Assembly: GCA_965249285.1 (NCBI GenBank)
Contig: OZ252226.1
Location: 1,465,360 to 1,529,359, forward strand
Origin: Candidatus Foliamicus sp.
Lineage (GTDB): Bacteria > Pseudomonadota > Gammaproteobacteria > Steroidobacterales > Foliamicaceae
Length of the DNA stretch: 64,000 nucleotides
Direction: 5' to 3'
The notes below the pieces were generated by a model. It was not told the DNA's origin, did not search any database, and saw only the letters and a program-made list of their open reading frames with translations. Made by a program: the position numbers and the translations under genes. Shown here in pieces: positions 54,153 to 63,607 of this stretch (positions are counted from its first letter, which is position 1; each line of letters opens with the position of its first letter).

Positions 54153-56579
54153 TTACGCCTTGACGCGGCGGCGGCGGCGTGGGCGCCTTGGTTCCTCGCC
54201 GTCGGTCGCTTCGCTCCCTCCCTCAAGGCCGCGCATGGTCAGCCGGATACGACCGCGACCATCCACTTCCATTACCCGAACGTTAACGCTGTCGCCCACG
54301 CTGAGCACGTCGCTGGTGCGCTCAATGCGCCGGTCCGACATTTGCGAGATATGCACCAGGCCGTCAGTACCCGGAAGGACGGTGACGAACGCGCCGTAGT
54401 CCATGACGCTGGATACGGTGCCTTCATAAGCCTTGCCGACCTCAATCTCCTGAACCCGGCTGCGGCTTGCGCCCCTGGGTTGGGAATCTTCCGTTTCGCC
54501 GTCGAGATTACGCATACTCAGCCGGATGCGCCCCTGGCGGTCTACCTCCAGGACCTTGACCTGGACGGAATCGCCTTCCGCAAGCCGGTCGCTGACTTGA
54601 TCCACTCGTTCGTCGGAGATCTGCGAAATGTGCACCAGGCCGTCCTTGCCCGGAACAATGGTGACAAAAGCGCCAAAGTCCATCAGGCGGGCCACCTTGC
54701 CGTCGTACACCTGGCCTACTTCAACGTCGGCGGTAATCAATTCGATTCTTCTGCGCGCTTCACGCCCGGCCTCGCCGTCAACGGAGGCGATCTTCACCGT
54801 GCCGTCGTCCTCAATGTTGATTTCCGCGCCGGTTTCCTCGGTGATGGAGCGGATCACCGCGCCGCCCTTGCCGATCACGTCGCCGATCTTCTCGCGGTCG
54901 ATCTGCATGGTGAAGATCGAGGGGGCCCAGTCCGACATCTCCTTCCGGGACGCGGAAATCACTTCGCTCATCTCGCTTAAGATGTGCAGCCGCGCAACGC
55001 GGGCCTGCTCCAGCGCCTCGGCCATGATGTCGCGCGTAATTCCGTCTATCTTGATGTCCATCTGCAGAGCGCTGATTCCCTCCTCGGCGCCGGCCACCTT
55101 GAAGTCCATGTCACCGAGGTGATCTTCGTCTCCCAGGATGTCGGTCAGGACCGCGTGGCGGTCGTCGTCCTTGATCAGGCCCATGGCGATACCGGCCACC
55201 GGCGCCTTCAATTTCACTCCGGCGTCCATCAGCGCCAGGCTGGCGCCGCACACGCTGGCCATGGAGCTGGAACCATTCGATTCGGTAATTTCCGAGACCA
55301 GGCGAATCACATAAGGGAACTCGTCCATTGCAGGCAGCACCGCTGATATGCCGCGCCGGGCAAGCCGGCCATGACCGATTTCGCGCCGTTTGGGGCCGGT
55401 CATGAAGCCGGTCTCACCCACCGAATACGGCGGGAAGTTGTAATGCAGCATGAAGCGGTCGCGGGTGGTGCCATCCAGGGCCTCGACGATCTGTGCGTCA
55501 CGGTCGGTCCCCAGGGTGGCGGTCACCAGGGCCTGGGTCTCGCCACGGGTGAACAGCGCCGAACCGTGGGTCCGCGGCAGCACTCCCACCTCGATGTCCA
55601 GGCCACGGACCGTGAAATTGTCACGCCCGTCAATACGCGGATCGCCCGACAGCACCCGCTGGCGCACCAGGCGCTTCTCCAGATTCTTGAGCGCGGACGA
55701 AATTTCCTGCAACTGAGCAGGTGCGGCGTCCTCCGGAGCCAGTTCCTCGGCCACCCGCGAGCGAATCTCACCCAGGCGCTCAGTTCGCTGGACCTTCTCC
55801 GTGATGCTGTAGGCTTCTGCAAGATCCTGCTCGGCGATCCGGGCCACCTCGGCCGCAAGATCATCGTTCGCAGGCGCGGCCTGCCATTCCCAGGCAGGCT
55901 TGCCGGCCTCGGCAGCGAATTCCTTGATGACTTCAATCGCCGTTTGCATCTGCTCGTGCCCGAACAGCACCGCGTTGAGCATGATCTCTTCGGACAACAG
56001 GTCCGCTTCGGATTCCACCATCAGCACCGCGCTCTCGGTCCCGGCGACCACCAGGTTCAGCTTGGAGGAAGCCAGTTCCGTGGCAGTAGGATTGACAACA
56101 TATTCTTCGTCTATCCATGCCACGCGGGCGGCGCCGATCGGTCCGGCGCAAGGCAGGCCGGACAGGGCCATCGCCGCGAACGCGCCCAGCATGGACGGAA
56201 TGTCCGGATCAACCTCCTGGTTGTTGGACAGCACCGTGGCAATGACTTGAACATCATGAAAGAAGCCCTTGGGAAACATGGGCCTTAAGGGGCGGTCAAT
56301 CAAGCGGCAGGTCAGCGTTTCCTTTTCCGTGGGACGCCCTTCGCGGCGGAAAAAACCTCCGGGAATGCGGCCCGCGGCGTAGGTCTTCTCCTGATAGTTC
56401 ACTGTCAGCGGCAAAAAGCCGCGACTGGGGTCGGCCTTCCTGGCGCCGACAACGGTAACGAGCACCACCGTCTCCGACATGCTCACCACCACCGCGCCGT
56501 CCGCCTGACGCGCCATCTTTCCTGTTTCCAGCGTTACCGTGTGGCTGCCATACTGGAATTCTTTGTTTACGATAGACAC
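54153..56579 (-). CDS. pnp: polyribonucleotide nucleotidyltransferase (PNPase) with a duplicated C-terminal S1 domain
   Basis: 808 aa from a GTG start. It has two RNase PH domains, a KH domain ([14 protein letters not shown]), then two S1 units (aa 620-692 and 713-785) and an [11 protein letters not shown] tail. Confidence 0.97.
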   Translation of the reverse strand: MSIVNKEFQYGSHTVTLETGKMARQADGAVVVSMSETVVLVTVVGARKADPSRGFLPLTVNYQEKTYAAGRIPGGFFRREGRPTEKETLTCRLIDRPLRPMFPKGFFHDVQVIATVLSNNQEVDPDIPSMLGAFAAMALSGLPCAGPIGAARVAWIDEEYVVNPTATELASSKLNLVVAGTESAVLMVESEADLLSEEIMLNAVLFGHEQMQTAIEVIKEFAAEAGKPAWEWQAAPANDDLAAEVARIAEQDLAEAYSITEKVQRTERLGEIRSRVAEELAPEDAAPAQLQEISSALKNLEKRLVRQRVLSGDPRIDGRDNFTVRGLDIEVGVLPRTHGSALFTRGETQALVTATLGTDRDAQIVEALDGTTRDRFMLHYNFPPYSVGETGFMTGPKRREIGHGRLARRGISAVLPAMDEFPYVIRLVSEITESNGSSSMASVCGASLALMDAGVKLKAPVAGIAMGLIKDDDRHAVLTDILGDEDHLGDMDFKVAGAEEGISALQMDIKIDGITRDIMAEALEQARVARLHILSEMSEVISASRKEMSDWAPSIFTMQIDREKIGDVIGKGGAVIRSITEETGAEINIEDDGTVKIASVDGEAGREARRRIELITADVEVGQVYDGKVARLMDFGAFVTIVPGKDGLVHISQISDERVDQVSDRLAEGDSVQVKVLEVDRQGRIRLSMRNLDGETEDSQPRGASRSRVQEIEVGKAYEGTVSSVMDYGAFVTVLPGTDGLVHISQMSDRRIERTSDVLSVGDSVNVRVMEVDGRGRIRLTMRGLEGGSEATDGEEPRRPRRRRRVKA

Positions 56580-56604
56580 TGCTACCTCTCTTGCATTGGT
56601 TTGG

Positions 56605-56646
56605 GGCGCGCCTTACGCGCGCATCATCTCACTCCACTAGTGGAGT
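56605..56646 (-). promoter_or_regulatory. hairpins in the rpsO-pnp intergenic leader
   Basis: A gcgcgc/cttac/gcgcgc hairpin lies at 56606-56622 and the palindrome ctccactagtggag at 56633-56646, just upstream of the pnp SD and GTG. In E. coli this position holds the RNase III-processed autoregulatory leader. Confidence 0.3.
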
Positions 56647-56760
56647 CCTGTGGGAAATCCTTCAAGATTTGATCTTAGGTTCCGCGAAAATAAATCTGCA
56701 CTTTAAGGACTGGACCGGCGTCGGCAAACCCGATCACTCACGGCGAAGTTTCCCGGATGC

Positions 56761-57030
56761 TCAGCGACGCAGGCCGAGGCGGGAAATCAGCGTGGCATAG
56801 CGCTCCTGATCCCTGCCCCGCAAATACTTGAGGAGCCGCCGACGGCGATTGACCATCCGCAGCAAGCCACTGCGTGAGTGGTGATCCTGCTTGTGTGCAT
56901 GGAAATGGCCGGACAACGCGTTAATGCGCGCCGACAGCAGCGCAACCTGCACTTCGGCGGACCCAGTGTCCGCCGAACCGCGCTGATACTCATGCACGGT
57001 TGCGCTAATATCACTTGAGTTAAGTGGCAT
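56761..57030 (-). CDS. rpsO: 30S ribosomal protein S15
   Basis: 89 aa with ...[44 protein letters not shown]. Confidence 0.97.
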   Translation of the reverse strand: MPLNSSDISATVHEYQRGSADTGSAEVQVALLSARINALSGHFHAHKQDHHSRSGLLRMVNRRRRLLKYLRGRDQERYATLISRLGLRR

Positions 57031-57135
57031 GCGGTAGTTCTTCAGACCGTATCAAAGCGAACTATTGTACTCTGATTTCGCGAGCAACACGGTTTTTCGC
57101 CGTTCCATCTCGAAAATAATTCCGCGCACAATCCG

Positions 57136-57293
57136 CCCTGGAGGGAGGGCATCCTGCCCTCCGAGGACGGGGCGTCCTCGCTTGCATGGAACAACCTGGG
57201 AACCAGGGCTTCCAGCCCTCGCCGAGGGCAAGATGCCCTCGCTCCATTGCTTCCTGGCGTCAGCGCAACGGCGCCCGCTGCGAAAACCCTCAG
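57136..57293. repeat. composite REP element (four units plus tail module) between truB and rpsO
   Basis: ggagggagggcatcctgccctcc, gacggggcgtcctcgc, gggaaccagggcttccagccctcg and gagggcaagatgccctcgctcc are followed by the tail ...gtcagcgcaacggcgcccgctgcgaaaaccctcag. It is homologous to 26540-26683. Confidence 0.85.
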
Positions 57294-57298
57294 GAGGC

Positions 57299-58231
57299 TC
57301 AGCCCACCTGCGGAGTGCCCTGGGCCTTGAGCAGACGGCGCGGCGCAACCTGGCCGTCCAGGGTGGCTTCGCCGATCCCGATGAAGCCCTGGGTTCCCGC
57401 ATACAAGCGAACCGGACCGGGGCGCATCCCGTGGGCCGCAGCCACCGGATTCCCGCGCTGCAGGTAAAAGCTTTCACTGGACGACAGCTGCACGGCCGGC
57501 AACCCTTCGACGGCGGCATCGGCCGGCAACAGCAGCGCATCGAGCGCCGAATGCCCGCGACCGGCGCAGGCCTTCAACCGCTCCATGGTCACCATGCCGG
57601 ACGCTTCAAAAGGCGCGACGCTGAGACGCCTGAGAGCGCTTACGCAGGCAACCGAGCCAGCCGCCTCGGCAATATCTTCGACCAGGGTCCGGATATACAC
57701 GCCGCTGCCGCAAGCTACCGTGAATACCGGCGCGGAAGGCGAGTATTCATCCAACTCAAGGCGGTGAATGACAACGCGCCGGGGAGCGCGCTCCACTGTC
57801 TTGCCGGCGCGAGCCAATTTGTAGAGGCGCCTGCCCTTGTGCTTGAGCGCCGAATACATGGGCGGAACCTGCTCGATTTCGCCGCTAAAGCGCCCGAGAA
57901 CCTCCTCGAGCCGCGCTCGGCTTAGCTGTCCGTCGGCGGTCTCAAGAACGGTCGTCCCGGTTGTATCGCCGGTGTCGGTCTTGCGCCCGATCCGGGCGGT
58001 GACCCGGTACAACTTTTCCGCCTTGAGCAGAAAACCCGACAACTTGGTGGCTTCGCCCAGGCATACCGGCAACATGCCGGTGGCGATGGGATCAAGGCTG
58101 CCCGTGTGGCCTGCCTTGCGGGCCGCAAACAGCCGCTTGACCCGCTGCAGCGCGGCGTTGGAGGTCAAACCGGCAGGCTTGTCGAGCAGCAGCAGTCCAG
58201 CGACGTCGCGCCGGTTCCGGTCAGGCGTCAT
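57299..58231 (-). CDS. truB: tRNA pseudouridine(55) synthase
   Basis: GLLLLDKPAGLTSN...GHTGSLDPIATGMLPVCLGEATK is the TruB catalytic Asp motif. Confidence 0.93.
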   Translation of the reverse strand: MTPDRNRRDVAGLLLLDKPAGLTSNAALQRVKRLFAARKAGHTGSLDPIATGMLPVCLGEATKLSGFLLKAEKLYRVTARIGRKTDTGDTTGTTVLETADGQLSRARLEEVLGRFSGEIEQVPPMYSALKHKGRRLYKLARAGKTVERAPRRVVIHRLELDEYSPSAPVFTVACGSGVYIRTLVEDIAEAAGSVACVSALRRLSVAPFEASGMVTMERLKACAGRGHSALDALLLPADAAVEGLPAVQLSSSESFYLQRGNPVAAAHGMRPGPVRLYAGTQGFIGIGEATLDGQVAPRRLLKAQGTPQVG

Positions 58232-58590
58232 TTTCGGGCAAGCTCATCCTTGCGCACGGCGTCCTCGATCAGCTCAGCCAGAGCGTCGCCTCGAATCTGG
58301 CTGTCGTCCGGCACAAATCGCAATTCCGGCTGCCTGCGCAGGCGAAAGGACTCACTCAAGCGTTTACCCATGTAGCCGCCCGCGGCCTTAAGCGAGGCGG
58401 CGGTTTTCTCGACACCGGCCGTGCCGGGGAGATACCACACGCGGCAGACACTGAGATCACCGGAAAATGTAACGTGGGTAAACCGGACTCCCTGCAATCT
58501 CGGATCTCGAAGTTCCGAGTGTTGCATGGTTGCAAAAACCCGCAGGGCTCGCGAGGCCAGCCGTTCTGCACGTGTAAATTCGCGGGGCAT
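58228..58590 (-). CDS. rbfA: ribosome-binding factor A
   Basis: 120 aa with ...TRAERLASRALRVFATM...DPRL..V..T.V..S.DL..., located between infB and truB. Confidence 0.92.
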   Translation of the reverse strand: MPREFTRAERLASRALRVFATMQHSELRDPRLQGVRFTHVTFSGDLSVCRVWYLPGTAGVEKTAASLKAAGGYMGKRLSESFRLRRQPELRFVPDDSQIRGDALAELIEDAVRKDELARK

Positions 58591-58691
58591 GGGAGTTGGT
58601 AGTCAGGGCCTTTGAAATCTCTCGGAGGCCCCGATGCAAGGGGCAGGAACCAGGCCAGGGCCGCGACCCGGCGCGCCGACTCCGCGGGAGT

Positions 58692-61253
58692 TCAGGTCCT
58701 GGACTCCTCCACGCTCTCGAAGCATTCGATGATGTCACCGGCGCGCACGTCCTTGTAGTTGCGAACTCCTATGCCGCACTCGGTTCCGGCGCGCACCTGC
58801 TCAACATCGTCCTTGAAGCGGCGCAAGGATTCCAGTTCCCCTTCGTAAATCACCACGCTGTCGCGCAGCACGCGGATGGGGTTGTGGCGCTTTACCAGGC
58901 CGTCGGTAACCAGGCAGCCGGCGATGTCGCCGAACTTGGGCGAATGGAACACCTCCCGGACCTCGGCGTTGCCGACAATCTCCTCGCGCAGCACCGGCGC
59001 CAGGTGGCCCTTGACCACCTCCTGCATGTCATCCAGGACTTCATAGATCACGCTGTAGTAACGCACTTCAACACCGGTGGCCTTGCGTGCCTGCTGCCCG
59101 CCGGGATCCAGGCGCACGTTGAATCCGATTACCGAAGCCCCCGAGGTGGCCGCCAGGTTGATGTCCGATTCGGTGACGCCGCCGACACCGGACGAAACCA
59201 GCTCCACTTCCACCTCTTCGCGGCTCAAGCGCCTGAGCGCATCGGACAGGGCTTCCACGCTGCCGCGCACGTCGGCCTTGACCAGCAGGCGCACAGTCTT
59301 GGCTTCTTCCTCGGCCGGAAACGCGCCGGTAAATGCCGGTTGTCCCTTGCGCTGGGCCAACTGCTGCTCGCGGACGGCCCGTGCGCGCCATTCAGCCGCC
59401 TCCCGGGCTAAACGCTCGGCGGGAAACACTACCGCGTCCTGCCCCGCCTCCGGGGCCCCGGAAAGCCCCTGAACCACGACGGGCACGGACGGCGAGGCAT
59501 GGTCAATCTGCTTATTGCGCTCATTGCGCAACGACTGCACGCGCCCATATTCGGATCCGGCCAGCAGGATGTCACCCTTGCGCAAACGGCCTTCCGTAAC
59601 CAGCAGGGTGGTTACGGGTCCCCGGCCGGTTTCAATGGTCGATTCAATAACGACTCCACGGGCGCCACCCTGGCGCCGCGCTTGCAATTCAAGCAGGTCC
59701 GCCTGCAGGAGCACTCGCTCAAGCAAGTCGTCGACACCCTGGCCGGTACGGGCGGATACTTCCGCGACCTGCGTATCCCCGCCATATTCTTCCGGAGCCA
59801 GTCCGAGCACGTTGAGCTGGTTACGCACCTGGGTGGGGTCGGCATCTTCAAGATCAATCTTGTTGATCGCGACCACTATGGGCACCTCCGCGGCCTGGGC
59901 GTGTTTGATCGCTTCTTCGGTCTGCGGCTTCACGCCATCGTCGGCGGCAATCACCAAAATCACAATATCCGTCAAGCGGGCGCCGCGGGCCCGCATGGCG
60001 GTAAACGCGGCGTGGCCGGGCGTGTCCAGGAAAGTAATCGCGCCGCCCTTGGCGCGCAACCGGTAAGCGCCGATATGCTGGGTTATGCCGCCCGCCTCAG
60101 AAGCCGCAACACTGCTGTTGCGCAGGTGATCCAAAAGCGAGGTCTTGCCGTGATCGACGTGTCCCATGATGGTCACCACGGGGTCGCGGTCCTCCAGTTC
60201 GCCGGCCGTTGCCACCGCTTTCGCCAGCAATGCCATCTCCTCGTTGGTCTCGGCCTGCGCGACCACCTCGTGCCCCATGGCCTCGACGATGATCATGGCC
60301 GTGGTCTGGTCCAGTGCGTCGTTGATTCCGGCCATCACGCCTTCCTGCATGAGTGTGGCGATAACCCTTTCCGCTCCCACCGCCATCTGGCGAGCCAACT
60401 CGGACACGGTAATGGATTCGGGCACTTCGACGGTATGCACGACCGGCGCCGCCGGCAGCACGAACGCGTTTACGTTCTCGACCTTGGCCGTGGCATGCCG
60501 GCTGGCCTTGCGACGGCGCGAGCGGCGCGGCCGAACATTGGCCGCCACATGCAGTTCTTCTCTGGGCGGCGCCTTTCTCGATCGGGCCACCTTCGGCGCT
60601 CTCGCCTGCTTGCGGGCCGCCTCCTCGCGGGTGCGCGCCGCCTGGGCGGCTTCCGCCCTGCGTTGCTCTTCGGCCTTACGCTCGGCCTCCTCCCGCTCAA
60701 GGCGCGCCTGCTCCGTAGCCTTTTCCAGCTCGGCTTCCTGTTCGGCGCGATGTTTGGCGTCCTCTTCGGCCTTGAGCGCCTCTTCGCGCTCGACCTGTTC
60801 CTGTTCCTTCTGCGCTTCCTGTTCGGCAAGCTTGCGCTCTTGTTCCTCTTGCTCGACTGCCTCGGCAGCGTGGCTTTCCTGTTCCAGCCGCAGCGCTTCC
60901 TCTTCCTCGCGCTGCACCATCGCCTCGCGCTCCAGGGCGGCACGATTAACGAATTTCCGTTTGCGACGAAAATCGACCTGAACGGCGCGGCGGCGCCCCT
61001 GGTCAACCTGCACTACCTCCACCGACTCGCGGCGCGTGATGCTGATTTCGCGCGGCATCGCCGAGTCCTTGGAAGTTCCTCCCGCATGCCCGTGGCGATT
61101 TCGCAGGAAGGCCAGCAATTCCTCCCGGGCCACATCAGGCACCGGCTGACTGGCGTCGTCAAAAGTGTGTCCGGCGCGCTCCAGTTGGTCCATCAGGTGC
61201 TCCACGGGCACCTTCAGGTTCTCCGCCAGTTTGGCTATGGTCAGGTCAGTCAT
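58692..61253 (-). CDS. infB: translation initiation factor IF-2
   Basis: It has a charged Glu/Lys/Arg-rich N-terminal region and the GTPase domain (VTIMGHVDHGKTSLLD, DTPGH, NKID). I chose the ATG at 61253, which overlaps the end of nusA. Confidence 0.96.
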   Translation of the reverse strand: MTDLTIAKLAENLKVPVEHLMDQLERAGHTFDDASQPVPDVAREELLAFLRNRHGHAGGTSKDSAMPREISITRRESVEVVQVDQGRRRAVQVDFRRKRKFVNRAALEREAMVQREEEEALRLEQESHAAEAVEQEEQERKLAEQEAQKEQEQVEREEALKAEEDAKHRAEQEAELEKATEQARLEREEAERKAEEQRRAEAAQAARTREEAARKQARAPKVARSRKAPPREELHVAANVRPRRSRRRKASRHATAKVENVNAFVLPAAPVVHTVEVPESITVSELARQMAVGAERVIATLMQEGVMAGINDALDQTTAMIIVEAMGHEVVAQAETNEEMALLAKAVATAGELEDRDPVVTIMGHVDHGKTSLLDHLRNSSVAASEAGGITQHIGAYRLRAKGGAITFLDTPGHAAFTAMRARGARLTDIVILVIAADDGVKPQTEEAIKHAQAAEVPIVVAINKIDLEDADPTQVRNQLNVLGLAPEEYGGDTQVAEVSARTGQGVDDLLERVLLQADLLELQARRQGGARGVVIESTIETGRGPVTTLLVTEGRLRKGDILLAGSEYGRVQSLRNERNKQIDHASPSVPVVVQGLSGAPEAGQDAVVFPAERLAREAAEWRARAVREQQLAQRKGQPAFTGAFPAEEEAKTVRLLVKADVRGSVEALSDALRRLSREEVEVELVSSGVGGVTESDINLAATSGASVIGFNVRLDPGGQQARKATGVEVRYYSVIYEVLDDMQEVVKGHLAPVLREEIVGNAEVREVFHSPKFGDIAGCLVTDGLVKRHNPIRVLRDSVVIYEGELESLRRFKDDVEQVRAGTECGIGVRNYKDVRAGDIIECFESVEESRT

Positions 61254-62772
61254 GCTCACTCTGCGCGCCCTCCTGCTCGGCAAACCACGGCGCCCGTGCG
61301 GCCATGATGAGCTTGCCTGCAGCCTCCTCGTTCAGCTCCTCGATATGCTCGGCCAGGTAGTCGGCTTCCTCCCAGGCCAGGTCCTCGCGCGTAGAAACGC
61401 CCTGGCTGGCGAGTGAATAGGCCAGCGCGCGAGTCATGCCATCCACTTCAAAGAGATCTTCCTCAGGCGTGGCCTGCTCCATTTCCTCTTCGCGGCTCAA
61501 GGCATTCATCAACAGCACGTCGCGCGCACGCGCGCGCAGCTGATCGACCAAAGGCTCGTCGAATTCCTCAATGGCGTAGAGTTCGGCAACCGGCGAGTAG
61601 GCAATCCCTTCCAGGTCGGTGATTCCCTCGTCCACGAGGACCTGGGCCACGTCCTCGCCGACCGACAATTGCTCACGAAACATTTCGATAAGCTGGCGAT
61701 TCTCCCGCTCGATCTTCGACTCGATCTCGGTCGGCGTCATCGCGTTCAGTTCCCAACCGGTCAGCCGGCTGGCCAGCCGAATGTTCTGGCCTCCGCGCCC
61801 GATCGCCTGCGACACCATCGACTCGGAAACGGCGATATCCATTCGCTGATTGTCCTCATCCACCATGATCTGCACGACATCGGCGGGCGACATGGCGTTG
61901 ACCACGAATTGCGCCGGGTTTTCGTCCCAAAGGATGATGTCCACCCGTTCGCCCGCAATCTCGTTGGTAACCGCCTGCACCCGTGACCCGCGCATGCCGA
62001 CGCAGGCGCCCACCGGGTCGATCCTCGGCTCCCTGGAACGCACGGCTATCTTGGCCCTGGCGCCCGGATCGCGAGCCGCGCCGAGAATCTCGATCAGGCC
62101 CTGTCCGACTTCCGGCACCTCCACGTTGAACAGGGCCATAAGAAATTCCGGGCTGCTACGGGTCAGCCTGAGCTGGGGCCCGCGGGTTTCGGTGGCCACC
62201 TCGTACAGCAAGCCCTTGACCCGATCCTGCGGGCGTATCGGCTCCCTGGGAATCATGTGCTCGCGGGGCACGAAGCCCTCCACTCCCCCTCCCAGGTCTA
62301 CATAGACACCGTTGCGGTCCACGCGCTTGACCACGCCGCTCAACAACTCGCCGATGCGACCCTGGTAGCGTTCGCGGACCAGGGTGCGTTCCGCTTCGCG
62401 CACTTTCTGATTGATGACGTGCTTTGCGGTATAGGCGCCGATGTGCCCCAAGTCCATCCCGTCAATGGGCCGCTCCACGACTCCTCCGGAAACCGCCTCC
62501 GGATCGATGCGCTGGGCTTCCGCCAAACGCAGCTGGCGCGTGGGCGCCTCAATCTCCTCAGCGTCGTCCTCCATGACCTCCCATTGGCGAAAATACTCCT
62601 GCTCGCCGGTGTGCCGGTCGATGGCTACACGAATTTCAACATCCTCGGCCAAAAGCCGCCGTCGCGCCGCCGCCAGACCGGCCTCCACGGCAGAAAATAC
62701 CACGTCTTTGGCGATGGCCTTTTCGTTGGAAAGAAGCTCTACAGCTTCGAGGATTTCCTTGCTACCAAACAC
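61246..62772 (-). CDS. nusA: transcription termination/antitermination factor NusA
   Basis: 508 aa with an N-terminal domain, S1, two KH domains (AIGRGGQNIRLAS) and C-terminal acidic repeats. Confidence 0.97.
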   Translation of the reverse strand: MFGSKEILEAVELLSNEKAIAKDVVFSAVEAGLAAARRRLLAEDVEIRVAIDRHTGEQEYFRQWEVMEDDAEEIEAPTRQLRLAEAQRIDPEAVSGGVVERPIDGMDLGHIGAYTAKHVINQKVREAERTLVRERYQGRIGELLSGVVKRVDRNGVYVDLGGGVEGFVPREHMIPREPIRPQDRVKGLLYEVATETRGPQLRLTRSSPEFLMALFNVEVPEVGQGLIEILGAARDPGARAKIAVRSREPRIDPVGACVGMRGSRVQAVTNEIAGERVDIILWDENPAQFVVNAMSPADVVQIMVDEDNQRMDIAVSESMVSQAIGRGGQNIRLASRLTGWELNAMTPTEIESKIERENRQLIEMFREQLSVGEDVAQVLVDEGITDLEGIAYSPVAELYAIEEFDEPLVDQLRARARDVLLMNALSREEEMEQATPEEDLFEVDGMTRALAYSLASQGVSTREDLAWEEADYLAEHIEELNEEAAGKLIMAARAPWFAEQEGAQSEHD

Positions 62773-62775
62773 GGA

Positions 62776-63249
62776 TCATCCCTCAACTCGGACGTCGGGC
62801 GTCAGCCGCGCGACTTTGATTTCCGCCAGGTTCAGTTCGACTTGCCCTGTCCCGTCGGGTACATCCACCACGATGACCTCGCCTTTTCTCGCCAACAGCG
62901 TTCCGCCAAAATTCCTCCGGCCGTGCTGCTCCCGGGACATTGTTATGCGTACGCTCCGACCGGCAAAACGATCGAAATGCTCAGGCTTTGCGAGCTTCCG
63001 GTCGAGACCGGGCGAGGACACTTCCAGGTTGTAATGCCCGGGAATCGGGTCCTCGACATCGAGCAGGGCGCTGACCTGGCCGCTGACCCGCTCACAGTCC
63101 TCCAGAGCGATGCCTGAATCTTGATCGATGTACAGACGCAGCACCTGACCGCGGTTCTCCCGCCTCAGTTCCAGGTCCGCCAGCTCGTAGCCCAGCGCTT
63201 CCACGCAGGGCGCCAGCAAACCGTTCAGCCTGTCCAAAATCAAATTCAT
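62776..63249 (-). CDS. rimP: ribosome maturation factor RimP
   Basis: L..LLAPCVEALGYELADLEL......VLRLYID...GI.LEDCERVS. I chose the ATG at 63249. It lies between the initiator tRNA and nusA. Confidence 0.9.
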   Translation of the reverse strand: MNLILDRLNGLLAPCVEALGYELADLELRRENRGQVLRLYIDQDSGIALEDCERVSGQVSALLDVEDPIPGHYNLEVSSPGLDRKLAKPEHFDRFAGRSVRITMSREQHGRRNFGGTLLARKGEVIVVDVPDGTGQVELNLAEIKVARLTPDVRVEG

Positions 63250-63295
63250 ACGCCACAAAAAAGCCCCTCGCGGGGCCATTTCGCAAAACCAAAGT

Positions 63296-63372
63296 TGGTA
63301 GCGGGGACAGGATTTGAACCTGTGACCTTCGGGTTATGAGCCCGACGAGCTGCCTGACTGCTCCACCCCGCA
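63296..63372 (-). tRNA. metY: initiator tRNA-fMet (anticodon CAT)
   Basis: The 77-nt cloverleaf is collinear with E. coli tRNA-fMet. It has the CUCAUAA anticodon loop, three consecutive G:C pairs closing the anticodon stem, A11:U24, an unpaired 1:72 position and an encoded CCA. It occupies the metY position upstream of rimP-nusA-infB. Confidence 0.9.
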
Positions 63373-63387
63373 ACCGCGAGTTGAGCG

Positions 63388-63393
63388 ATTATA
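63388..63393 (-). promoter_or_regulatory. perfect -10 hexamer TATAAT for the metY-rimP-nusA-infB operon
   Basis: The reverse complement of 63388-63393 is TATAAT, 15 nt upstream of the mature tRNA 5' end. I did not see a good -35. Confidence 0.45.
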
Positions 63394-63607
63394 CAGGAAA
63401 ACGTTGAATAAGAGCCTGAAAGTGCGGCCATAATCCACAGTTCGGCTGGCCTTGCGACCCCGGAAAATACCTCGTGAATTGCACACTCCAGACGAGTGCT
63501 AACATTCCGCTTTGCCGCGGCAGCCGAATCCCGCTTGGATCTCAGTAGATTCGGCGCCCAGGGGGGCGGCGCGGGCTTACGTGCGGGTAAACCAGAGGAA
63601 AATCATC

